From NCBI GenBank assembly GCA_002633005.1, contig NMRA01000888.1, forward strand, positions 43,176 through 92,762: a stretch of DNA of 49,587 nucleotides, in the 5' to 3' direction. Source of the DNA: Phoronis australis. Its lineage: Eukaryota > Animalia > Phoronida. A program made the translations under genes and the position numbers. The notes under the pieces were generated by a model. It saw nothing but the letters and a program-made list of their open reading frames with translations, was not told the origin of the DNA and ran no database searches. Below, in pieces: positions 23,101-35,100 of this stretch. Numbering within the stretch: position 1 is the first letter of the stretch; each line of letters starts with the position of its first letter.

Positions 23101-26100
23101 AATGGCCACTAGATGGCGCAAACTATGTCGAATCCATCCGAAAACGGGAGGATAGCGTCACCTCACTAATAGGTGGCTACATAACAAATTTCATGAAAAT
23201 CCGTTCAGGACTTTTGAAGATACAAAGGTAAGCGTAAAAAACTAAAATTGCCACTAGGGGGCACACCGGTAGTCGGATCCACCCGAAAGTTCGCACATGC
23301 CGTCCCATTCATAAATGGAACATATGTGCCAAATTTCGTGAATGTACGTCAAAGGGTTTTGGAGATAGAGCAGCGGACGCCGGACGCCGCCCGAACGGAG
23401 ATGACGGCATAATGCGTCCACATATAAATATGTGGGCGCATAAAAATTGACTTGATAGCAGATCTGTGTACCACCAAAACTGCATTGGAGTACTCTAACA
23501 CCAGATTTGCAGATTTTTCAGTAAATTCGCAGATTTTTGCATGCAGACCAAATTTACCCTAAAATATGGGGGGGGGGTTTAATTTTTCGCAGTGGGCCTT
23601 TTACTAAACAAAAAAAAAAAACGGGTTTGCTCAGTGTTCAAAACTTTCGCTGAATTCTTGCCTCTTTCGTCTTTTGTCTCGTTTTCTCGGACTTCTGGTT
23701 TCTCTCAGGACCTTTTTGCCCACTTTACCAAATGGGGGGGGGACTCATTCAAGCACCCCCCCCGGGTACGTGCATGGGTACTTTTCCTACTTACTTGCCT
23801 CTGAAACAGTTTCTAAAATACACGTAGTGAATTGATCACCAATTTTTAGAATAATTTAAGTTGTTTAGTTGTGGGACAATGCGCCTTTAGTGAAAACATT
23901 CTGTTAATCAATAATGTCCTTACTGAACTTAGTTAATACATGCCTAATGTACACTTCATTTAACACTAAAACATATCTGCAAAAATGTGTTGATGAATTT
24001 GCACTGGACAATGTTTTGCACCAGACAATATTTCCATAACCATTCACAAAAGTTTTGAATAATTGTTCATTGTATGTGTCTGTGAACACGTACCACCATA
24101 CTGCATGCGAAAAGACCTCGAGGCTCGACTGTGGCTCATCAACATGCTACGAAGTCAGTGCAGTCACCATGTCCGCAAAAAAACAACACGCTATACAACT
24201 TGCAGTATAAATTCCAGGGTCCCTTGAATAAGACATTGTCATTCTTTGGAATAACGTGGCAAAAACGTTCCCTTCTTTCAGAAGCTACTTTCTTCACAGC
24301 TTGGAATATGCCACCACTCATGCTTTGCCATAAATAGCATGAATTAGACAAAGTAAGCAATCCACAAATCATAGAAGTTGTTGCTTATAGGTTAGGCCTG
24401 TGAAACACATACCGATAGAAGAGGCCTCGCGATTTGCCGATTATCAGGCTATTTTGAAAACGAAACGAAATAAGTTTTCCGAGTTTATAGCTCAACTTTT
24501 TGGCTAAAATAAGGATTTTAGAATTTTTTTTTTAATTTCTAACTTTAAAATCTTCTTCCTCATCCGTTTTGACTACAAATAGGCGTACTTATAAGGAAAC
24601 AAGCGAATTAATAATCTCTTTTGAATTTGTTGAATTTGCGTATTTTTGCATGGCTGTGCGTACTTGCGTACTGAAGGCTTGATTTCCGTACGAATCCGCA
24701 TTTTTTGCGTATGGTACACTGGTCTGTGATAGCCTAATGACTATTCGATAATTTACAAATGATACATCAATGGCCATAGTTAAATTCTAGATCACATTTC
24801 AACACACTATTTGCACCTCTAAAAAAACATCAGATCAGCATGGAACAAACGCATAGAACCAATTATTTATAGTAAGGGCTATCCATCGATTGGACACTCG
24901 CGCAGACACTGACAAAGGTCTTACCTTGTGTTTGGCACTGGACAATGTCTGAGTCTCCAATCTATTCACAGTCAGATGATGTTGGCCAACAATCACTTGA
25001 CTCACTCCATTCTCGTTGACCACAAAACCCTGAAATAAATGCATTTCGACATCCCAAATCATTCACTCAGTACAACACAGCCTTGCCATTTGCTTATTGT
25101 CACTTCTGCTCTTACTCTACAAACAGGTCTCATATACTTTTGTCCACAATTCAAGTCACTTCCAGTGCACATGTACTGAATTTACAACAAAGCACAGTAA
25201 ATAATTCAATGCCAATTGCAACTTTTACTCAAGGAAACTAAAATACTTCAAACCCGGTAACAGGTGACAATGTCCATTAAGTATTTGAAAGTATTGAAGT
25301 GAATAAAATACAGCAGAACATTGCTTCATCAAGAAGGTGCTTGAATGATAACGGCTCTCATCTTGTTTCCACATCAACAATCCATTTTTATACTTAAGTG
25401 TAATTACGTTTCAAGATCAAAGGTAACGCAATGTATGACATTGATTGCCGGTGGTCTTCGCACTAAGACTACAATCAACCACTCATTCGATCGATCAAAC
25501 TTTGTTGTATTATACGAAAATCTGGTACAGCCAGGGACTCCACACTTTCCAATGCAAACTGAACTCACTTTCCACAGAGCTATCACAGTGAAATCAATAT
25601 CTAGCGCCTTATCCAAGTTATCGTCGCTGTTCTCCACTTTGTCGGGGAATCTCAAACTCGACTCTGACGTGTTCCGTGGTATGATGGCGACGTCACGTGA
25701 TGACTTGGACATGTGACGGAAGTAGAAGTCGGCACAAGGTGTCGCTGTGCTGTCGATGATGTGCTGGTCATAGGACACATTGGAGAAGACCACTTGCTTG
25801 TCCCAGTCTGCAAGACAAGTGAACATTTGCTAACACAGCAATTCAATTCTTAACAAACGAGTGTGGTTAAAAGGGTACTCAAGGCAGTTGCGCAATAAAG
25901 AAAATGAACACTTTACAACACTGCAACACAAACTTTAATATTTTACCTGATGGGCTAACTGAAAAAGGAAATTCCACTGAAGAAAAAGATCTGAATCTAT
26001 GGAAGGCATCATGTTTCTCAAAACTATAGATCTAGTGGTAATTATTTACTAGGATACCTGTACTTACCATTTAAATTCCTCTTACACTTAGTACCTTTAA

Positions 26101-29100
26101 GGCAGAGTAACATGGATTCACCGTCGTTGATTTTGATGTCTGCAAAAAACAGAGTGGCCAGATAACAGAATGGCCGGACAACAGAATTAAGGGGCCCTGA
26201 ACAGATAGATTATCAATTAATGGATTATTCATCAACCTTTCTCCACGTCTCCCTGAATTTAATTATAAAGTTGAATATTTACAAAACTATAAAATTTCAG
26301 TCTGTAAAAATGTATTTTCTGAAAGCAGAAAATGCGTAGAATTTGAATTTTGACTTAATGTTAATACTCCATGGGATGATGTGACCATGCCTTTTTAGAA
26401 AAACTTAGCAAGAAAGAAGGGTACCTTTAAATGTAAGTTTTTATCCACCCACGGAAGTTCATAATCAAATTCTGTATAATCAAAGGAAAATGAAATTAAA
26501 TTTGACTAACAAGTCTATGTTACTAAAACTCCTTCAGGGCTTCGTGGCATCCTGCTCCTTTCTTGAGCAATGGTGGAATGACAGGGACATGTGGAGACTC
26601 CTGGTGTGCTCTCGCGAGATATGATGAATGCTAGGGTTTCAAGCAGTAGACAGAGCAAACCTGCCACCTCTGTGTCTATTGAGTGACAGATTCAATATCT
26701 TAATGAAGATAGCCTGCTTGATGTCTCATTCAAACCAGTTCTTGTACCTGCTCACAAATTCAACACTGTCATTACTGAACTAGTGATCATTCACGTGCAA
26801 GTATCCATGCATCGGCCGGAACGCAGAAGAAGGTGTTTCAACAGCGATGCATAGACACTTGCATGTGAATGGTCACCTAGTTTGGTAATGACAATAATGA
26901 TATTGTAATTAGGGACAAGAACAGGTTCAAAAGAGTCATCGAGGAGGCCATCTTTCTTAAGGCATTGAATACGTCACTCAAAAGACACGGAGGTGACAGA
27001 TATGCTCTGTCTCCTGTTTGGAACGCTAGTATTGATCAAATCTCGCAAAAAGTTCCACCTGTCTCATCTTTCTAATCATTCCACAATTCCTCAATAATGG
27101 AGCGCGATGCTCCCGAGGGCTTAAGGAATGTTGGTAAGTACTGTAGTTCAGCTGAACAGACTTAATTTCATTTCTCTTTCATTATAATTACAAAAGGAAC
27201 ATTCATAGCAAAATAATGGTATCAATAAAATCACCAAATTTCATTTAAAAAAAAATCAAAATGAAATCTACAAAATGCTGTTAGCTTTATAAAATATTAT
27301 TTTACTTTTTATTTTATGCAACCGTTGATTTTTTCACAAAAATAATAAAAATCCTATTCTTGATAGCTCATCCTGGAACAATGGATTATTTTAAAGACAA
27401 TTCCTAAAAGCACTGTAGAGAACACTACATTAACAATGGTTTCTGAAAGTGACCTTCTCATATTCTGCATTTACCATAGTCAAATTTGGCCATTTTCCTT
27501 GGGTCCCACATAACTTTATTGCTAATCTTAATGCTAACACTACCCAATACTGCCGTTCAACCCCCTCTACCCCTCCGCAACCCAGCACTACCTACCAGTT
27601 TCACGGCTAGTACTGAGATGATCAATACACCACTGTCTACTGGCGGCGGACATCTGTAATATACTAAACTCAGTGATGCTGGAGTTGTGCAGCTGGTCCA
27701 GACTGTGCACCTCCAGGGCCAGCACCACGCTGCTGGGCTCACCTCGCCCTGACCTCTCAATCACACCCTGGTCACAGACCAGGTAGGCCGTGGCTTTCAG
27801 CTCCAGCGAGTTGGTAGTGATGATCTTACTACGGTGCCGCAACACTCGGTGCCTGCAGTAGTTGAATATAAGTCACATTTTTATCAATTTTGCATACAAT
27901 CCTCACACTCATAACTGCAACATGACACTGTAATTCTCCACTTCTGTCGTATAATTACAAAATTCCTATTTTCCCATTTTTCACAGTCTGATTACGTTAC
28001 AGCAATTAATTGAATTTTACCAAAAGTTGTTTTAAGACATCTACACAGTACAAACCATGATGCTAGTAATAGAGAAAAATTTTCCTAATCTTTATGTTGC
28101 GGAGAAATTTGACAACATAGAACTTCACTTGTCAGCCATATTGTATGCTAAATAAGTGAAGAAATACTGTGCAGGAAGAACACTTTGAAAGTCATTGTGT
28201 TTTGAAACGATGACTTGCATATTAGGTAATTGACAGTTTGACACAACCAATAGACCTTATTCACGCAAGTCGCCATTTTAAGAAAACCTCTTTTTAGGTT
28301 AAAAAACATGCATTTGAGACATAAATACAACGAGGCATGTGGAAAATTGTTTTGTGATTAGGGACAGAATCCATTGTTTTTTAAAACCTGAAAGGAGGCT
28401 CTTCGTAATATAGCGACTGCGTGACCAACTGCAAATATGAAAAAAAGTGTTGACATAATGTTCTCTTAAGTTGTTTGATATTCTCACTACTTACCTGTTG
28501 TGTAACATAACAAATGTGTTTGTATATGACTTGTCATAATGTGCCTAGTTTATATGACTCATCATAATGTGCCTAGTTTATATGACTCGTCATAATGTGC
28601 CTAGTTTATATGACTCGTCATAATGTGTCTAGTTTAGGAAATACAAGTCACTTTACGCTTTAGTAGCACAGTGACGTCTCACCAACTTCGAACAAAAATC
28701 AATTGCAAAAAAATTGCCAGAATTGCCCTGTAAGTTGTGAATAACAGCAATTTTTCAAATACAGTCCGATGATAGCTATGGTTCACAACTTGAAAATGAT
28801 AATGCATTACTCGATGCTACTTTTTCCTTATAAAATAAACTAAAATTTCACTTGTCCTCCATATCGTGTCCTAAATCAGCGAGATTATACCATACGTTGA
28901 TATACGGACAATTCTGTACCCTCATATCACCTTGAACTGTCAAAAATTCAAGACACTGATTACACAAGTCTACTCCAGCATTTTGCAATCCAGATAGCAG
29001 ATCTGGCTTATCCACACAGAGCAGTACTTTGTGGTTAGAACAACATAATCAGAGGTCATTAAGTGCAAATGAAACATGATTTGCAACGCAAACGACATAA

Positions 29101-32100
29101 AAATAAAAACGCGGTGGAAGTTCGGCTACCTTAATCCTGGCTTTGGCTCCGTAGACTCATAGTAGAACAAAAAGTTTATATCATGCAAACCGGGAGTTGC
29201 ATCCCCTCGCAACCACATGGGCACCGACGCACTCTGTCCAGGCTGTAACTGTCCGTTAGGTACTGGCACTAGGCACACCGAGGACACCTTGTGGTCAGGT
29301 ATCACATACTCGTTTGAGTCACTCTCGGGTATTGTCACATAAGTTAGAGAATTGTCTGTGGGTTTGTTCGAAGCACCAAATGTGAACAGTGAGGAGCTGG
29401 AGGAGGCGACCTTCAACTGGGTCAACGGCACTGGGCCGTGATTGGTTAGTTCCACGGTGACCTTCTGGACCTCACCGCAGAGCAGTGCTTGGGGAAAGTC
29501 GTAGAAATTTACCTGTGGACAATCAAGTAAGCAATTAGTAAACACCCCAGCTCAGTAACAATGGGACTCGATGTAAGTGCATGGAAATCGCAACAACAAA
29601 AAACATTTTGATTAATTTTAGTTGTGTACAAATGAGTGATCTTCTCGTATACAGTTAAAAACAAAGACCATTTCACTGAATGACACCAACAGTGTCATAC
29701 AGTGTCACAAGTGGTGATTTAATACTAACGGCAACTGCCTGCATTCAGGATACAAAATTTCAGTTTTGAATAAAACAATTTAAGGTTGTGTAGGACACCA
29801 TTAACAAATCGGTGTATTTACACAAATATCTACAAAACTATAAAATTTAAATTGGCAAAGGTGTATATTTTCTAAAAGTAGAAACCACGTAGAAAATGAA
29901 CTTGGACTTTGTATCAATCTGCCATTAATTAGGTCACGTGATCGTGTGTTTTAATAAAAATTTAGTACACATTCATAGAATAACAATGGTATCAAGAACA
30001 TACATATTAAATTTCGCAAGATAAAAACTCAAAAACATCTGTTAGAATTTTCTAAAATATTTTACTTTTTACAAAAAATCATGTCATACATACAACAGAT
30101 AACTCCTCATGTACAACTGGAACAGTTTAAACAATTCCTAAAAGCATTTTGGAGAACAGTGCATAAAGCATGGTCTACGAAAGTTTCATGAAGAATTCCA
30201 TCACTTGTTTACCAAATATGATTTTCCTTATTAGCCAAATCTTGGATATTTCTCGGAACTTGCATAACCTTAAAAGTACAATAAAATAGCAGAAGCACGT
30301 CTTTCCTGAGCAAATAAATGGCATGGATTCATATAAAGAAGTTATACCTCGAGCCGGGGCATGCTAGGTACAATCACAAAGTCGAGGCGGCGGTCGAGCC
30401 CATAAAACCGGCTCGACTTCTCAGTTTTGTTGCTATTCAGTCGCGGTCCCTGCACCTCCAAGTTCTGTTTGCCTCTCACGTAGATAGCACTGACATAGCC
30501 CGGCTTGCGCATGACGTCTGCTGCTGTTGTACCCACTGGGTAAGGCTGGGTGTGTGATGTCGTACCCAGGTTGTAGGCCACGCCCACCACATGCAGCTCT
30601 CCCGTGTGGCGCGGTGTCAGTGTCAGGTTGACCTGAAGTAAAAGACACGACACTGTAATTGAATATGCATCACATCAATTTGAATGGTAATGAGCACCAG
30701 ATAAGTAAATCACTAGTTTGGATGTTGGTTATTAGCAAGGATAGTTGATACACCTGAGGCCAGCTTATCACATAGACTTCAACTGCCTGTCTAAACAGAC
30801 GTCTCACCCATGGAGTTGACGAGATGCTTGAAATAACGAATATCAGAACACCTCGGGTAGTTTGTAAGCAAAAGTTAAGTCAATGTGATGTAACTGTGTT
30901 AACTAACACTTCAGTCCTTCACACCATGGCAATGAGACAAAATCCCACAATGGATTTGATAAATAGTGCGAGTCTTGTGTGATATTTCGAAATTTGAAGT
31001 ATCCAACTTTGACCTTGATACCAGTAACAAAAAAAAACTGGATATAATGCTAATTTAAAAGCTTCGATGTGACTACATTCTTAATACACATAGACTCTAA
31101 TCCTTCAAATATTTAGCACAGTATATAGAGGACAAGGGATTTTTTTCTGACAAAAATGAAGACTACAAAATAATAGTCTGTTAAGAGCTTTGTTTGTATT
31201 GTGGAGATGTCAAGAAGCATTTGGTCAAATTTACATTATTTGCATTTGGGTGCCCAGACTTTGACAATAGAAAAATGACAATTTTGCAATTATTTTTGTG
31301 CAAATTAAGTGAAGAATTAATTTAAAATTACTAAATCATACAGAAACACAAAAACTGATGAAATTAACACCAACCAAGTACTTCCCCTACCATACAGCTA
31401 TGTAACGTCACTGACAACATAGTATAAATGGGCAGTAATGCCTCTCTGGTGCAGACTTGTTAAAAATGATTACATGACATTTGTTGTTGGATGTCGCTCA
31501 AGGAGCTACAGCACCGATGTGATCCACATTCAAGGAGTATTTGTTGGATGTCGCTCGGGGAGCTATAGCACTGAGGCGATCCGCACTCAAGGAGTATTTC
31601 TACACAATGCGCGAAATACAGAAGAAGTTATCCAACATCGAATGTCGTATCATTTTTCATGAACTGTGCACCAGACACTCGTAACACTGCATGTGAACCT
31701 ACCAGCTTCCTTTCACTGCCGGCCAGCATAATCTCTTCAATGACTTCAGTGTGGACTAGTTCATCAGCTATTGAGTTCTGTAAGACACAATGGAGAGCAT
31801 ACCAGTAAGAGGCAATGTATGTCAACTGCAACTTACAGCATGAACAATGTATGTCATCTGCTACTTACAGCACGTACAATGTATGTCAACTGCAACTTAC
31901 AGCACGTACAATGTATGGCAACTGCAACTTACAGCACGTACAANGCTTGCGCATGACGTCTGCTGCTGTTGTACCCACTGGGTAAGGCTGGGTGTGTGAT
32001 GTCGTACCCAGGTTGTAGGCCACGCCCACCACATGCAGCTCTCCCGTGTGGCGCGGTGTCAGTGTCAGGTTGACCTGAAGTAGAAGACACGTGACACTGT

Positions 32101-35100
32101 AATTGAATATGCATCACATCAACTTTGAATGGTAATGAGCACCAGATAAGTAAATCACTAGTTTGGATGTTGGTTATTAGTAAGGTTAGTTGATACACCT
32201 GAGGCCAGCTTATCACATAGACTTCAACTGGCTGTCTAAACAGATGTCTCACCCATGGAGTTGGACGAGATGTTTGAAATGACGAATATCAGAACACCTC
32301 GGGTAGTTTGCAAGCAAAAGTTAAGTCAATGTGATGTAACTGTGTTAACTAACACTTCAGTCCTTCACACCGTGGCAATGAGACAAAATCCCACAATGGA
32401 TTTAATAAATAGTGCGAGTCTTGTGTGATACTTCGAAATTTGAAGTATCCAACTTTGACCTTGATACCAGTAACAAAAAACTTCATATAATGCTAATTTA
32501 AAAGCTTCGATGTGACTACATTCTTAATACACATAGACTCTAATTCTTCAAATATATAGCATAGTATACAGAGTACAAGAGAATTTTTTCTGACAAAAAA
32601 TGAAGACTACAAAATAATAGTCTGTTAAGAGCTTTGTTTGTATGGTGATGTCAAGAAGCATTTGGTCAAATTTACATTATTTGCATTATGGTGCCCAGAT
32701 TTTGACAATAGAAAAATGACAATTTTGCAATTATTTTTTTTGTGCAAACTAAGTGCAGAATTAATTTACAATTACTAAATCATACAGAAACACAAAAAAC
32801 TGATGAAATTAACACCAATCAAGTACTTCCTCTAGCATCCAGCTATGTAACGTCACTGACAACACATAGTATAAATGGGCAGTAATGCCTCTCTGGTGCA
32901 GATTTGTTAAAAATGATTATATGACATTTCTTGTTGGATGTCGCTCAGGGAGCTACAGCACAGATGTGATCCACATTCAAGGAGTATTTGTTGGATGTCG
33001 CTCGAGGAGTATTTCTAGACAATGCAAGAAATACAAAAAGAAGTTCTCCAACATTGAATATCGTATCATTTTTCGTGAACTGTGTACCAGACACTCATAA
33101 CACTGCATGTGAACCTACCAGCTTCCGTTCACTGCCGGCCAGCATAATCTCTTCAATGACTTCAGTGTGGACTAGTTCATCAGCTATTGAGTTCTGTAAG
33201 ACACAATGGAGAGCATACCAGTAAGAGGCAATGTATGTCAACTGCAACTTACAGCAAGCACAATGTATGTCAACTGCAACTTACAGCACGTACAATGTAT
33301 GTCAACTGCTACTTACAGCACGTACAATGTATGGCAACTGCAACTTACAGCACGTACAATGTATGTCAACTGCTACTTACAGCAAGTACAATGTATGGCA
33401 ACTGCAACTTACAGCACGTACAACGTATGTCAACTGCAATTTACAGCACATACAATGTATGGCAACTGCAACTCACAGCACGTACAAATCATGAAACAGT
33501 TGCTTATTTCAGAGATGAAAATTGTGCTGCTTTACGTAAATGCAACACATCAATGAAGCACATGTGGCAAGAAATCTTCGCTCACGTAATGGAAGCGACA
33601 AATTACATCCCAAAATTCCAAACTCACCGACCAGGGTACTTGCAGAACACTCACTTGTCGCCCGCGCGATTTTACATAACCTTGCACGATCTTGCAAACA
33701 AAACATGACCCCAACAAGAAACACGATAATTGTAAAGTACGCTATACAGTACCTCATACATTGTTGTCCACAGAGAATAAATACCTCTTTGGGAATTGAG
33801 CCTTTAAATGTGCCCCAAATGGATGGTAAATAGGTTATTAAGTATAAAGTTTGATTGTGTATACCAGCTTACAGCATTTACAATCAAGATAATTATGAGT
33901 AAGTAAATCTTGAACTGCCATGGAAATATAGATCACATTTTACAAGTCTGGTCTGCATGCCACCTGTTGGCCACATCATACTTATGTTCATTAGGTCATG
34001 TGACGTGGTCAACAGGTGGCGTACAGACCACTTTTAAGTGTTTGTGATAAAGATGTTTCCTAAAAATCTATGCACGACCACACGAGAATAACCAAAAGCA
34101 AAAAATGAATTCGTCTAAAAATATTGACGATTCACAAAAAAATACACTTAGTATCCTGCAGTACTATCTAAAACAGCCCAGTAAGTAAGTGAAGAAAAGT
34201 TACTCACTTTTATAGTATCCACTTCGTTAGTGACTGGGTACCCGGGCTTGTCACCAGTGGTCTCCGCACAGTACGTCCATAGCAGATGGACCTCGGTCAG
34301 CACCAGAGGTATCTTCAATGGGTTGACCAGGGCAATCTGTACAGTGACTGGCTCTAGAAACAGTAACAGAACATAATGTCCATCATGTGTCTTCAATTCG
34401 TAATTCATGTACTAGATGAGTCTAAACTGTTCTGTTGAGTTCTGCCAGAGTTTGTGTAGGATTAACAGGTGTTGGGTCAATAGATGTCAGTGGAATTTCG
34501 TTTGGCCTGTCTAAGTATTATGTTTTCATTGCTATTTCAGATGTGTCACTTAGAACTTTTCAGAGGCAGAGACCCAAATGTTGGCAGTGCTCTCAGTCGT
34601 AGCTGGGATAATTAGATTTTCACATTTCGACGTCAGCAGCAAACTTTTCATTAGGGAGAGCATTTCTAAAGGCAAAAAGCATTTCCGAAATTACAGACAG
34701 CATTGATTTGCACTCTCTAAGCAATCACATATTATAGTATGTTTTAAAATCACAAACACAACCAAAATTTCAAAGAAAATAACCACAAATTTTCAACATT
34801 TTAAATTCAACTAAATGCTTCATTTAAACATGCGACTCCAATACTTCAAGGCACATATCCTAGTAATTGCGCATGACTAGATAACTAGGCACACAACCTA
34901 GTAATCAAAAACTCAAGTCACCAGGTGATGCCACTGAACTAAGGGAGCTTCCAACAGAAATGCCTGCATTCAGGCAAATCACATGGGTCCTTTATCATAT
35001 GAAATGCCCCCTGTTGATGAACTGCTTTCTGCTCTCAATCTATTCGAAGTCAAAAAAGGAAATTTATTTGTTAGCGCCACCTAGTGAATATCAAGTCACT

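Larger units (their letters stand above)
30503..33488. other. ~1.44-kb direct duplication across an N join (30503-31943 vs 31945-~33360)
   Basis: Near-identical copies with scattered SNPs and indels in the introns; the junction is exactly the N at 31944. Confidence 0.9.

Noticed and set aside
33231-33488. CRISPR-like 32-bp repeats
   Set aside because: Head-to-tail units with no unique spacers, no cas genes, and a eukaryotic intron context.
33187-33708. Overlapping Cys/Gln/Thr-rich ORFs (173, 116 and 87 aa)
   Set aside because: They are translations of the 32-bp minisatellite in three frames, not proteins.
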